Positions 19,695 through 29,293 of a stretch of DNA of 55,206 nucleotides are shown one piece after another. The DNA lies in contig JBBFKZ010000011.1 in the NCBI GenBank assembly GCA_037481775.1, positions 1-55,206 of the forward strand. Direction: 5' to 3'. Position numbers and translations under genes: made by a program. Below the pieces are notes generated by a model, which was not told the DNA's origin, did no database searches, and saw only the letters and a program-made list of their open reading frames with translations. Position 1 is the stretch's first letter. Every line of letters starts with the position of its first letter. The stretch comes from Candidatus Bathyarchaeia archaeon (GTDB lineage Archaea > Thermoproteota > Bathyarchaeia > Bathyarchaeales > Bathycorpusculaceae).

Positions 19695-20135
19695 CTAGGA
19701 TATCGTGGCTACTTTTGTTTCATACTTCCATTTCGCTGGCAAAACGCCTTTCCGTTTATAATACCTAGAAAGCTTGTGAATCCGCGCTTCGACATTTTGC
19801 ATGGCGCGCTTGTTGTGAAGATCCTTCTTATTCTTATCCAAATGTACCGCAAGATTCTGCGCTTTCTTCATCAAATTAGCCAAATCTTCAGGTAGCGACA
19901 GCGCTAAACCTGCGCCTTCAAGTATCTCAGTTATGCTTTTTCCAACGATAGGTTTCACTAAAGGAATGGCATACTGATCTCTAAGAATCGTGCCTATCTT
20001 GCTGGGTGGGTACCCATCTTTAGCAAGCTTTATGACGAAGGCTTCCACTTCCTCCGGCTGATACTTGCACCAGCTCGGCGGCCTCTTGCTAACCGGTCGT
20101 ATTGAATGAGATTTTCCCTTTTCTTGTTTCGGCAT
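19695..20135 (-). CDS. rps15: 30S ribosomal protein uS15 (S15P/S13e)
   Basis: GKSHSIRP, PSKIGTILRDQY, LPEDL, EARIHKLSRYYK. Confidence 0.97.
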   Translation of the reverse strand: MPKQEKGKSHSIRPVSKRPPSWCKYQPEEVEAFVIKLAKDGYPPSKIGTILRDQYAIPLVKPIVGKSITEILEGAGLALSLPEDLANLMKKAQNLAVHLDKNKKDLHNKRAMQNVEARIHKLSRYYKRKGVLPAKWKYETKVATIS

Positions 20136-20329
20136 CTATACACCTTAAGCATTATGACCCACGGAAAACGCATATTTAAAATTTCTTATACTCATAAAAC
20201 AAACCGCTATTTCTCTTATGGCAGTTACAACTAAAAACGCATTTTGAACGGCTTCGCAAACGGCAGAATTTTGCGCTCTCAGCGCGTTTATATACTAGAA
20301 GGAGGAAACGCACTAGTGGGAGAACGTGA

Positions 20330-21097
20330 GTGATAGCCTCAAATTCTGCTCTTAGGTTGTTAAACATTCTGGCTTTTTTGTTCACGATTGTGGTGAACGG
20401 CTTAGCAGGCAGTACCACAATTATTGGAGGCACGAACACGGCTCAAGTTTCTGATGCTAACCCAACTCTCATAACTCCTGCGGGTTACGTGTTCTCGATT
20501 TGGGGCATCATCTACATTTTGCTAGGTGTTTTTGTGATCTTTCAAGCGTTGCCAAGTGAGAAAGGAAAAGAATATCAAAAAAGAGTCAGCTGGCTGTTTG
20601 TCCTAAGCAGCCTATTTAACATTGCTTGGCTTTTCCTTTGGCAATTTGAGTATCTGAGTTTTTCTGTGATTCTCATGTTCCTGTTGCTGGCAACTTTGAT
20701 TGCCATTTATCTGCGACTCAACATCGGCATGTCCACTGTTTCATTGCGTGAAAAACTTGCTGTTCATTTACCCTTCAGCGTTTATCTCGGCTGGATCACC
20801 ATTGCCTCTATCGCCAACGTAGCTACTACACTTGTTTCAGTAAACTGGGACGGGTTCGGAATAAGTCAAGAAACATGGGCTACTCTAATCATAATCATTG
20901 CGCTGGTGCTCACGCTACTTGTTATAGCTACGAGAAAAGACATAGCCTATGGGTTGGTAATTATTTGGGCGTTAGTAGGCATTGCGGTAAAGCAAAGTGA
21001 AAATCTCCGCATCGCTATGATCGCGGAGGTTAGCGCCGTACTCATTGCAGTAGCATTAGGCGTCGTAATTATACTTGCCCTACTCAAACATCGATGA
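20330..21097 (+). CDS. Tryptophan-rich sensory (TspO/MBR-like) membrane protein
   Basis: ITPAGYVFSIWGIIY, N..W...WQ, PFSVYLGWITIASIAN. Confidence 0.82.
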   Translation: MIASNSALRLLNILAFLFTIVVNGLAGSTTIIGGTNTAQVSDANPTLITPAGYVFSIWGIIYILLGVFVIFQALPSEKGKEYQKRVSWLFVLSSLFNIAWLFLWQFEYLSFSVILMFLLLATLIAIYLRLNIGMSTVSLREKLAVHLPFSVYLGWITIASIANVATTLVSVNWDGFGISQETWATLIIIIALVLTLLVIATRKDIAYGLVIIWALVGIAVKQSENLRIAMIAEVSAVLIAVALGVVIILALLKHR

Positions 21098-21244
21098 AAA
21101 TGCATTCTGCTTCAGCCGTGTGTACGGCTTATTATACTGTCTGTGGCTATAAGCACGCGGAAAAGTCAACTTTAACATTTGCAATAAGTAAAAAATAGTG
21201 AGTTGGGCATTATGTTTTTATCAATTAAAAAGGCTAGTTAGATT

Positions 21245-22147
21245 ATGCTTGAACGGGAAGAGAGAGTACGGTTTGCTGCATTTTTAAATGTGGCATTCAC
21301 CATAATAGAGATTATTGGCGGTTTCTTAACTAACAGTTTAGCCATTTTCTCCGATGCTCTTCACGATTTTGGTGACAGCGCCACCCTGATCGCTTCGTGG
21401 ATTTTTGAACGCAAAGCCAAGCAGTCGCCTAACGTTAAATATACGTTTGGCTACCAAAGGCTCTCGCTGTTTTCAGCTCTCTTTGCCGCGTCAATCCTGA
21501 TTGGCGGTTCAATTGTGATAATTCTCCAGGCTATACCGCGCTTCTTTAACTCTGAGGCAGTTAACGCTTTTGGCATGATAGGCATTGCCGTCATAGGTAT
21601 CTCGTTTAATGGCGCGGGTTTCTTTCTGCTGAAAAGGGGTGGAAGCCTAAACGAGAAAGTCCTGTCATGGCATCTTTTGGAAGACGTACTAGGCTGGGTA
21701 GGAATTTTACTCGGCGGCGTAATCATCTACTTCTGGAGATTTTATTTGATCGATCCGTTATTAACCATTGGCTTAACCGCCTTCGTTTTGTGTGGCGTAA
21801 CCGAAAACTTGCGGGAAGCCATTAACATACTCCTTGAAGGGGTGCCTAGGCACATAAATCTTGACGTATTGAAACAAGAAATCAAATCAATTAAGGGCGT
21901 ATTGGACCTACATGATGTTCATGTTTGGTCGCTGGAGGGGGAAACAGACGTTTTTACTGCACATGTAGTTTTGGATGCTGCGGCGTTCCTGAACGCGTCG
22001 GAGCAGACCAGACAAGCCATCAAAGATGCATTACGCCGTCATCACATCGAGCATTCCACAATCGAGTTGGAGAGCCAATACTACTGTGTTGGCGTTGTAT
22101 GCGAAGAACGCTATGAAAAAACGGATAAGCGGGAAAACAATCACTAA
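21245..22147 (+). CDS. Cation diffusion facilitator (CzcD/ZitB-like)
   Basis: SLAIFSDALHD, YTFGYQR, HLLED, HDVHVWSL, IEHSTIELE. Confidence 0.93.
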   Translation: MLEREERVRFAAFLNVAFTIIEIIGGFLTNSLAIFSDALHDFGDSATLIASWIFERKAKQSPNVKYTFGYQRLSLFSALFAASILIGGSIVIILQAIPRFFNSEAVNAFGMIGIAVIGISFNGAGFFLLKRGGSLNEKVLSWHLLEDVLGWVGILLGGVIIYFWRFYLIDPLLTIGLTAFVLCGVTENLREAINILLEGVPRHINLDVLKQEIKSIKGVLDLHDVHVWSLEGETDVFTAHVVLDAAAFLNASEQTRQAIKDALRRHHIEHSTIELESQYYCVGVVCEERYEKTDKRENNH

Positions 22148-22734
22148 AGCTTCGTGTACCATTCGGCGAATTTGCGAATGGCACACGCCCTATGCGAGAA
22201 ACCATTTTTCTCTTCAAGCGTCATTTCCGCGAAGGTTTTAGTGCTTCCCAGCGGCTGAAAAATGGGATCAAAACCGAAACCTGATTTTCCGTTGCCCACG
22301 CGCACTTTACTGGTTATGGTGCCATCGACTTTACCCTCAAAAACCAAGGGCTCTTCTGCTTCGTTGTCGCAGTATGCTATGGCTGACTGGAACAAGGCTT
22401 TTCTGTTTTCCACGTTATCCATAAGTTTTAGCAAGCCTTCATTACCTATTGTTTGATAAACATAAGCAGCATAGGGTCCTGGAAATCCGCGAAGCGCCTC
22501 CACGAAAAGCCCTGCGTCTTCTACTATGACGGGCAGATGGCAACGGTTGAATGCATCTTGCGCGCTTGCTTGGGCTATTTCTTTGAGGCTGTTGCTTTGG
22601 ATTTCCAGCGCTTTAACTCGAAGCATGCCTGCTGCTATGTTATATTTGGTTAGCACACTTCGTGCTTCGTTGAACTTATGAATGTTGTTTGTGGCGAAGA
22701 AAATGACTCTCCCTTTCATCTTAAGCGTCATCAC
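22144..22734 (-). CDS. rdgB: XTP/dITP diphosphatase (Ham1/RdgB)
   Basis: FATNNIHK, EDAGL..ALRGFPGPY, GFGFDPIF, EKNGFSHR. Confidence 0.95.
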   Translation of the reverse strand: MMTLKMKGRVIFFATNNIHKFNEARSVLTKYNIAAGMLRVKALEIQSNSLKEIAQASAQDAFNRCHLPVIVEDAGLFVEALRGFPGPYAAYVYQTIGNEGLLKLMDNVENRKALFQSAIAYCDNEAEEPLVFEGKVDGTITSKVRVGNGKSGFGFDPIFQPLGSTKTFAEMTLEEKNGFSHRACAIRKFAEWYTKL

Positions 22735-23399
22735 AATTCTTCCTCCTTTCTTTCTGACACATATCGTCCGCGCCTTTCTATCTCCGTGATTTTCGCTATA
22801 ACCTCTTCTGCCTCTTCCTCGCCTAAAACTGCAGAGTAGCCTCTAAGCACAGCTTCGAAGCATTCTTGTGCAAACTGGTAGTGTGTGCTCTGTAGGGCGC
22901 GTTTCATCAGATGCAAATCTACCCCTCTGGCTTCAAGCTCAGCGCTTTTCTCACCTAATCCGAAATCAACCAGAAAAATTTTGCCCTCCTCGGTTAATAA
23001 CATGTTTGATGTTGTCAAGTCTCCGTGAATCACGCCATGCCCGTGCAGTTTCCCGATTAACTCGCCGATTTTAACGCATAGCGTCTGCCTTTCTTTCTCT
23101 GGCATGGTACATAGTAACTGCTTTACCTGCTTGCCTTCAATGAATTCCATTATTATCGTAGCGTTTTTTGGATCCACAAGAAAAATAGTTGGAGTAGGCA
23201 CTCCTGCCTTTTTTGCTTCATGCATAAGCACCGGCTCATGTATTGTTCGGTAGCTACGGATTTTTTCATCCAGTTCCATAGGGCGATATTTTTTTGGAAA
23301 TCGGGTCTTGATTATTACCTTCTTACCGTGCCAATCTGCGAGGTAAAGACTGGCTTCAGCGCCCCTTTTAAGCAAGATCTGCGCGGCTACCTCACCCAT
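22731..23399 (-). CDS. bud32: KEOPS kinase Bud32
   Basis: GAEA, IHGDLTTSN, VDFGL, VDLHL, IERRGRY. Confidence 0.95.
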   Translation of the reverse strand: MGEVAAQILLKRGAEASLYLADWHGKKVIIKTRFPKKYRPMELDEKIRSYRTIHEPVLMHEAKKAGVPTPTIFLVDPKNATIIMEFIEGKQVKQLLCTMPEKERQTLCVKIGELIGKLHGHGVIHGDLTTSNMLLTEEGKIFLVDFGLGEKSAELEARGVDLHLMKRALQSTHYQFAQECFEAVLRGYSAVLGEEEAEEVIAKITEIERRGRYVSERKEEEL

Positions 23400-24403
23400 G
23401 GAACATCCACCTTATCTAGGCGCCACCTTAATTTGACGAAACTTTCCTCTAAAGGAGTAACTGCTCCATGCGTATAGGCTAGCACACCTGTCCAAGCGAT
23501 CATCGCGCCGTTATCTGTTGCAAACTCCCGCGGCACAACGTTGAACCGTGCATCATGCTCCTCCGCGATTGCATTGATCATGGCTTGCAAGCGCTTGTTA
23601 GCGGCCACGCCTCCAGTCAATAGGACCTCTTTCTTCTCGGTGTGCGCCAATGCTCTTTCAGTAATTTCCGTAACCATGGAAAACGCATGCTCCTGAAAAC
23701 TATAGCAGAGGTCCTCTAGCTTGTATGCTCCATTATGGAGTAGCGCGGTTGCAGCAGTTAGCAAACCGCTTAATGAAAGATCCATGCCCTTCACGACGTA
23801 AGGTAGAGGAATCAGCTTTTTGCCGTTTGCCGCTAATTTTTCCAACGCGGCGCCAAGCGGCATGCCCGGCTTATGCTTTAGGCCTGCTTCTCTTGCGAAG
23901 ACGTCGAGGCAGTTACCAAGGGCTATGTCTAAGGTTTCGCCGAAAACCCTGTAGCGTCCAGAATCAAAAGCTGAGACAATTGTGTTGCCGCCTGAAACAT
24001 AAAGTGTTACAGGATCCGTTGAGCCAGTTGTTAGTTTGCCAATTTCAATATGCGCTATGGAATGATTTACGCCTACAAGTGGAAGGTTAAGATAAGCGGC
24101 CAATGCTCTAGCGACGGTGGCGCCGGTGCGGAGGCATGGTCCTAAACCTGGACCTTGAGAAAAAGCTATTAGCCTTAGATCTCGTGGTTTTATTCCTGCT
24201 TTTGATAGTGCTTCACTTAGCACTGTATCTGCGACTTTAGCGTGATGTCTAGCGGCTTCTCGCGGATGGATGCCGCCCTCTTCGGGCACGTAATCTCTTG
24301 AAGCGTTGGCTAATATTTTGCCGTTGAAGGCTACTATGCCGACTCCGAAGTCGTCCGCTGTTGATTCTATTCCTAAGCAGTACGCTTCCGCTGAGTCACT
24401 CAT
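23387..24403 (-). CDS. kae1: KEOPS t6A synthase Kae1
   Basis: LGIESTA, GGIHPREAARHH, GPGLGPCL, VNHSIAHIE, VSGGNT, DNGAMIA; start uncertain (24403 or 24445). Confidence 0.95.
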   Translation of the reverse strand: MSDSAEAYCLGIESTADDFGVGIVAFNGKILANASRDYVPEEGGIHPREAARHHAKVADTVLSEALSKAGIKPRDLRLIAFSQGPGLGPCLRTGATVARALAAYLNLPLVGVNHSIAHIEIGKLTTGSTDPVTLYVSGGNTIVSAFDSGRYRVFGETLDIALGNCLDVFAREAGLKHKPGMPLGAALEKLAANGKKLIPLPYVVKGMDLSLSGLLTAATALLHNGAYKLEDLCYSFQEHAFSMVTEITERALAHTEKKEVLLTGGVAANKRLQAMINAIAEEHDARFNVVPREFATDNGAMIAWTGVLAYTHGAVTPLEESFVKLRWRLDKVDVPWVR

Positions 24404-24498
24404 CTCGTTGAGCCTTCGTTTAGTTTTTCCAGTTTTTGGGTACATATTTTTATCTGGAAGTATTGCATATATCTAGTTGGTGCTGGGACTGATAAACA

Positions 24499-24903
24499 AT
24501 GCCGAAGCGTAATGATCTGGAACAAAAGGCGCTCCATTTCGTAATGAATACAGGTTCAGCGGGCGTGCTTCAATCAGACCTGTGGCGAGAATTGGGCGCA
24601 AGCAGTAGGGAAGGCTCTCGAATAGCGATTAAGCTGGAAGAGAAGGGGCTCATTAAAAGAGAAAAGGAGCTGCAGGGTGGAAGGTGGACTTATAGGCTCT
24701 TCCCCAAACGTGTGCCTACTTCAATAGATTCAATAGTTGACTGCCCATGTCTGCTGTGTCAAGATAACGCCCGGTGCGATCCGACGACTCCGATTTCGCC
24801 GACAAGCTGCTCAAAGCTTACTGATTGGATCTTGTCATTGGAAAAAAAGGATCCAGCTCAATTAGGTGACGACGCGCTTGCCCAAGGCTTGGATCCAAGA
24901 TAG
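24499..24903 (+). CDS. TFE beta subunit-like protein (RPC34/C34 homolog: winged helix plus Cys-rich Fe-S domain)
   Basis: GVLQSDLWRELG..SREGSRI..KLEEKGLIKRE winged helix; C-terminal PC..C.....C......ISP..C.KLTDW. Confidence 0.8.
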   Translation: MPKRNDLEQKALHFVMNTGSAGVLQSDLWRELGASSREGSRIAIKLEEKGLIKREKELQGGRWTYRLFPKRVPTSIDSIVDCPCLLCQDNARCDPTTPISPTSCSKLTDWILSLEKKDPAQLGDDALAQGLDPR

Positions 24904-25525
24904 GAAACGAGATTATTACTATAAGAAGGCAAAGGCGGAAAACTATCGTTCAAGGGCAACTTACAAGCTCTCGCAGGCTGCGGCTACATATAATTTTATA
25001 CGTAAAGGCGATGTGGTGGTTGATTTAGGCGCGGCGCCAGGCGGCTGGATACAAGCAGCCAGGAAAATTGTGGGTAAAAGGGGCTTCGTTTTAGGTGTAG
25101 ACTTGAAGCCTATTGAGCCTTTCCCTCAGGAATACGTGAGAACTATTATCGCGGATTTCACCGAGCCTGAAACGCTACAGCAAATTCTCGACTTGTTGCC
25201 TAGAAAGGCGGATGTTGTGCTTTCAGATGCGTCGCCTAACATTTCTGGAATCTGGGAGGTTGACCATGCACGTCAAATAGATTTAGCATCTCACGCGTTA
25301 AAAACTGCCTTGAGCGTGCTGAAGCCTGGAGGGAATTTTTTTGTTAAGGTTTTTGAAGGCGATATGCTCGCGGACTTCGTGAAAAAAGTGACGAAATACT
25401 TTGACACTGTTAATGTTATAAAGCCGAAGGCAAGCCGAGCTAAAAGTTCAGAAATGTTTGTTTTGGCGATGAACTTGAAACCAGAGGCTACGCAGAAAAG
25501 TAAAGCTAATTTTGCCGTTGCATAA
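24866..25525 (+). CDS. rlmE: 23S rRNA 2'-O-methyltransferase RlmE/FtsJ
   Basis: YRSRATYKL, VDLGAAPGGW, SDASPNISG, KVFEG, KPKASR..SSE. Confidence 0.95.
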   Translation: MTTRLPKAWIQDRKRDYYYKKAKAENYRSRATYKLSQAAATYNFIRKGDVVVDLGAAPGGWIQAARKIVGKRGFVLGVDLKPIEPFPQEYVRTIIADFTEPETLQQILDLLPRKADVVLSDASPNISGIWEVDHARQIDLASHALKTALSVLKPGGNFFVKVFEGDMLADFVKKVTKYFDTVNVIKPKASRAKSSEMFVLAMNLKPEATQKSKANFAVA

Positions 25526-25535
25526 TTATGTTTAG

Positions 25536-26237
25536 GTGCAAAATTTGAGAATTATATCTGCGGACTCTGCAGCGGCAATACTAGACGAAAAATTTACGCC
25601 AATATCCCTCGTAGCTTCCGCTTCGGTTCTAGTTAATCCTCCATATAGGGAACCATGTGCTCTATTGGCTAAGCCCATATTTAAAGAAGTAGAAAACGGA
25701 TGCGAAGTAATATTACAGGAGGCTTCGCTCTGCAGGAACCTACTTGATAAAGTGAAAGCAGATGTTGTACATTTAGACATGACGCTGGGCGCGGTTCCTA
25801 TTCAAGAGCTGTCGCCAGTTGAACTGTCAAACATGAAAATCTCCAGCAAAGCACGGCAACAAATTTTGAAAGTGTTACCAGCACTGCGGAAAATAGCTGG
25901 CGAAGTTAAAAGGGCGTATGGTGTGGAAGTTTTGGCAATTGGGAAAGAAAGTGTGCCTGTGCGAGTGGCGGAATTGACAGCTGGCGCTGAAGCGGTTTTG
26001 TTTGCTTGCGCCAAGGCTGTGCAGGAAAAACAGAGCTTACTGTTGGGATTACCGTCCGCGTGCCAGATGGTAATTGCTGAAAACAGGGTTTATCTTTATT
26101 CGCTTTTAGCTGCGGAGCATGATGTTCGCGGCTATGCCGAAGATACGGAGGGAGTTTTAAGCAAAGTTAATATTGTGGAAACCTTAAATCCATGCGCAAG
26201 AGGTTTTCGTACACTAAAAATAAAGCCATTGGGTTAA
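25536..26237 (+). CDS. Conserved archaeal protein (DUF4152-like)
   Basis: RIISADSAAAILDE..P..L.ASASVLV.PPY, VVHLD, IGKESVPVRVAE, NP.ARGF. Confidence 0.7.
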   Translation: MQNLRIISADSAAAILDEKFTPISLVASASVLVNPPYREPCALLAKPIFKEVENGCEVILQEASLCRNLLDKVKADVVHLDMTLGAVPIQELSPVELSNMKISSKARQQILKVLPALRKIAGEVKRAYGVEVLAIGKESVPVRVAELTAGAEAVLFACAKAVQEKQSLLLGLPSACQMVIAENRVYLYSLLAAEHDVRGYAEDTEGVLSKVNIVETLNPCARGFRTLKIKPLG

Positions 26238-26255
26238 AAATAGGAGTTACATGGA

Positions 26256-26804
26256 ATGATTCTGGACATGTGGAAAAATGCTTCTCCGAAGCGCAAGCGT
26301 ATTTACTCGGTTATTGCGGTTTTCGTGTTCGCTGTCATAATTACTTTGGTAGGCAGTTTCGTGCCCGTTGATGCTGAGCAAGCGAGGCAGATTAGCGAGA
26401 AGCTTAATCAGACTTTAACCACAGCACGTGAAAGCGAAATGCTGATGCAGTACATTTTTGGAAACAACTTTTTCATCTGCTTAATCATGTTCATTCCAGT
26501 TGTGGGGCCACTTTTCGGATTTTTCGTGCTTTTCAGTACAGGCGCAGCAGCAAGCGCTGTGGCGGCGGCGCAAGGGTTCCCTTCAATCATAGCGCTGATC
26601 GCTTTAGTTATAACTCCTGTGTTTTGGCTAGAGTATGCGGCGTATTCAACTGCCATGGCTATGAGCGTGTGGCTTTTCCGCCGTATACTGCAGGGAAGAG
26701 GTCGGCAAGAGTTCAGAAACACCTGTCTGTTTATTACCTTATGCGCAGTGTTACTTGTGATAGGTGCCGTTGTTGAAACGGCGCTGATAACCTTAGCCAC
26801 ATGA
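26256..26804 (+). CDS. SpoIIM-family membrane protein
   Basis: IF.NN, P...LE..AY, L...A.VE. Confidence 0.8.
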   Translation: MILDMWKNASPKRKRIYSVIAVFVFAVIITLVGSFVPVDAEQARQISEKLNQTLTTARESEMLMQYIFGNNFFICLIMFIPVVGPLFGFFVLFSTGAAASAVAAAQGFPSIIALIALVITPVFWLEYAAYSTAMAMSVWLFRRILQGRGRQEFRNTCLFITLCAVLLVIGAVVETALITLAT

Positions 26805-26817
26805 AAAGTGCCAGCTG

Positions 26818-27690
26818 CTAAGCTTGATTTTTTCTTTTAATGGGCGTTATTTCTAAACTTATGTCCAACGCGCTAACGCTATGTGTAAGTTCGCCTATGC
26901 TTATGATGTTAACCCCTGTTTGCGCGTAGTCCAAAAGGTTTTCCTCTGTGATTCTGCCACTTGCTTCTAATAGTACCCCTGTAAAGCCTGCTTTTTTCAG
27001 TGCTTCAATTGCTTCTCGAATTTGGTTAGGCGAGAAATTGTCGAGCATGATTATATCCGCTCCTGCTTCTGCCGCTTTCACGGCATCTTTAACGCTTGTA
27101 ACTTCTACCTCGATTTTTTTGCTGAATGAAGCAATTTGCTTTGCTTTTTTCACTGCACTCTCGACATCGCCAGCTATCGCAATATGGTTATCCTTCAGCA
27201 AAATCATATCGTCCAAATGTAGCCTATGCGTGTCTCCTCCGCCGATGAGCACGGCTTTCTTGTCAAAATAGCTAAGCCCAAGTGCAGTTTTGCGTGTTGC
27301 CGCGATTTTAACTGGCAAATTTGCTTTTTCAATTTTTTCTACAAGTCTTCGTGTTACCGTGGCGATGCCGCACATGCGCGACAGCAGATTCAGAATTGTC
27401 CGCTCTGCTGAAAGAATAGTTTGGGCATCTCCGGAAATTGTCATTATGACTTGGCCGCTTCGGATTTTCGCTCCGTCTTCAGTTTTTGTTTGCACATTTA
27501 ATCCGAGGGTTTCCGCAAGAACCGTTGTTTCTTCAATTCCAGCAACTACTCCCGCCTCTTTAGCTAAAATTGACGCTTTGACCATCAAACCTGCGGGCAC
27601 AACAGCGGCTGAGGTTACATCACCCTGTCCAACATCCTCAGTTAATAGTTGCTTTAACTTTTCTTCCAAAATTCTACGCGGCACGAACAT
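26818..27690 (-). CDS. nadC: Quinolinate phosphoribosyltransferase
   Basis: EDVGQGDVTS, ATRKT, HRLHLDD..LLKDNH, IEVEV, IMLDN, EASG. Confidence 0.96.
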   Translation of the reverse strand: MFVPRRILEEKLKQLLTEDVGQGDVTSAAVVPAGLMVKASILAKEAGVVAGIEETTVLAETLGLNVQTKTEDGAKIRSGQVIMTISGDAQTILSAERTILNLLSRMCGIATVTRRLVEKIEKANLPVKIAATRKTALGLSYFDKKAVLIGGGDTHRLHLDDMILLKDNHIAIAGDVESAVKKAKQIASFSKKIEVEVTSVKDAVKAAEAGADIIMLDNFSPNQIREAIEALKKAGFTGVLLEASGRITEENLLDYAQTGVNIISIGELTHSVSALDISLEITPIKRKNQA

Positions 27691-27861
27691 AGCTTTTTAC
27701 TTTTCGCGTTTAGGCTTAAAACACTTACTTTCGCTACACATCATAGATTGAGCGCGCATGGCCTTTTTCATAATCTATACCGCCAACTTGCGCTCTTGAG
27801 ACAAAAGGTATATTTGACAGTTAACCATCTGAGTTTTAGCACCAAAATAGAGGGCCAGCAA

Positions 27862-28023
27862 ATGCCGATATTAGATCCTCTCAAGAAGTCGATTGCGCAA
27901 AAGCGTAGACTTTACATGAAGATATGCAGAGATTGCGGAGTCAGAAACGCTGCTACCGCATTAAAGTGCAGAAAGTGCAAGAGCAAGAATCTCCGCTGGA
28001 AGAAACGAGAGCTCGTAAAGTAA
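27862..28023 (+). CDS. rpl40e: 50S ribosomal protein L40e
   Basis: KICRDCGVRN...A.KCRKC.SKNLR.K; true ATG at 27862. Confidence 0.95.
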   Translation: MPILDPLKKSIAQKRRLYMKICRDCGVRNAATALKCRKCKSKNLRWKKRELVK

Positions 28024-28037
28024 AAGAGGCGCTCATT

Positions 28038-28652
28038 TTAAAGAAGGTTAACTAGTGTTTCCATGTTGAAGACTGTGTTTGCACATCCATTTTTTATTAA
28101 GGGAACAGCTTGCCCAGCCATGCTCATTTGACCTAAGGTGGTCATGGCCAGTTTTAACTCTTCACCACAAGCTATCCCGAGAACACCCTCGTATTGGTTT
28201 CTCTTCAAAATTTTTGAAATGCATGAACCGCCTGGAACTACGTAAACGTCATAGCCTTTTTGCTTGGCGAAGCGTTCTGCCTTATTAATTAAGCAGTCTG
28301 GAGAACAATGTGCACAAGTATAGGAAGGAATACTTGCGTCAAAAAACGCTTTACATCGATTATCCATGTATTTTCTGGAGCAATGAGGAAGCAAAAGAGC
28401 CCGCTTTTTCGTTTGTAGAAATTTTTTTCTTTCTAAGAGATTAACCGTTTGTACTTCGATGAAGTCTTGAAGAAGAGTCACTGCGTCTGAGAAATTTAGC
28501 CCTGTGGCTTCTTGTATTCTAAATCTCCTTATAATGTCCTGCAAATTTTTGAGGAGAGTTTTGTGCATTCCCTTCTGATAGCTGACCTTGGCGATTTCTG
28601 TGAAGAAGAAGCGGGGGACCTTTGAGAGATCAAATGTGAACTTATATGGCAT
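28038..28652 (-). CDS. DUF116 family protein
   Basis: LLLPHC.R....C.A......C..C...C, Y.VPGGS, GIAC..EL, GC.NT. Confidence 0.88.
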   Translation of the reverse strand: MPYKFTFDLSKVPRFFFTEIAKVSYQKGMHKTLLKNLQDIIRRFRIQEATGLNFSDAVTLLQDFIEVQTVNLLERKKFLQTKKRALLLPHCSRKYMDNRCKAFFDASIPSYTCAHCSPDCLINKAERFAKQKGYDVYVVPGGSCISKILKRNQYEGVLGIACGEELKLAMTTLGQMSMAGQAVPLIKNGCANTVFNMETLVNLL

Positions 28653-28713
28653 AACTTGATATTAACGACTTGCAACCTTAAAAGAATACCTCTTGCTTTA
28701 GGCAAATATATGC

Positions 28714-29151
28714 TTAAAGTGACCACTTTACTTCTTCATTGACGCCTAAAAGTTCTCTCAGAGCCTGTATGTCTTCTCGCAACTGTTTTATTTCAACCTC
28801 GAGGGAGCTAGCTCGTGACTCCGCAACTTTCTTAAGCTGCTCAATTTCCATTAGCAGACTCTCGCGCTCCGTTTCTAAGGCGCTTATTTTTTCCCGTAGA
28901 AAACGCAAAGTCTGCGTTAACCCTTCATGTATGTCTTTGACTTTTTCAGCTAAAATTTTAACGTCTTTTGCTTCTACATGCTCTGCTGCAGTGTTTACTT
29001 TGGATCGAAAGGTTGATTTGCACTCGGGACATTTGAAAAGGCCGACACGAAATTCTGGTATAACTCCATATGCCGCTTGTTTGGCGGGCGATACAGTCCA
29101 GCATTTAATGGCGGCGGGTACTGTTGCTCCGCAACTGGGACACCTAACCAA
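28714..29151 (-). CDS. Cren7-like Zn-ribbon domain fused to a coiled coil
   Basis: CPSCG...IKCW.VSP.......VGLFKCPEC...FRSKV followed by a heptad-rich helix. Confidence 0.65.
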   Translation of the reverse strand: MVRCPSCGATVPAAIKCWTVSPAKQAAYGVIPEFRVGLFKCPECKSTFRSKVNTAAEHVEAKDVKILAEKVKDIHEGLTQTLRFLREKISALETERESLLMEIEQLKKVAESRASSLEVEIKQLREDIQALRELLGVNEEVKWSL

Positions 29152-29293
29152 TGTATAGACCCCGCATACCTAGGCGCATTTAATATCCACTAAAGTTATT
29201 CTCTGCGATTAACCTATAAAATTTTGCATTATCTATCTAAAATTGCATCAAAGGAATATTAAAGGAAAAATGTTGAGGATGGAAGTATAATTA

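Noticed and set aside
27748-27861. N-terminal extension on L40e suggesting a fusion
   Set aside because: It covers the promoter region, does not resemble ubiquitin, and the normal start is at 27862
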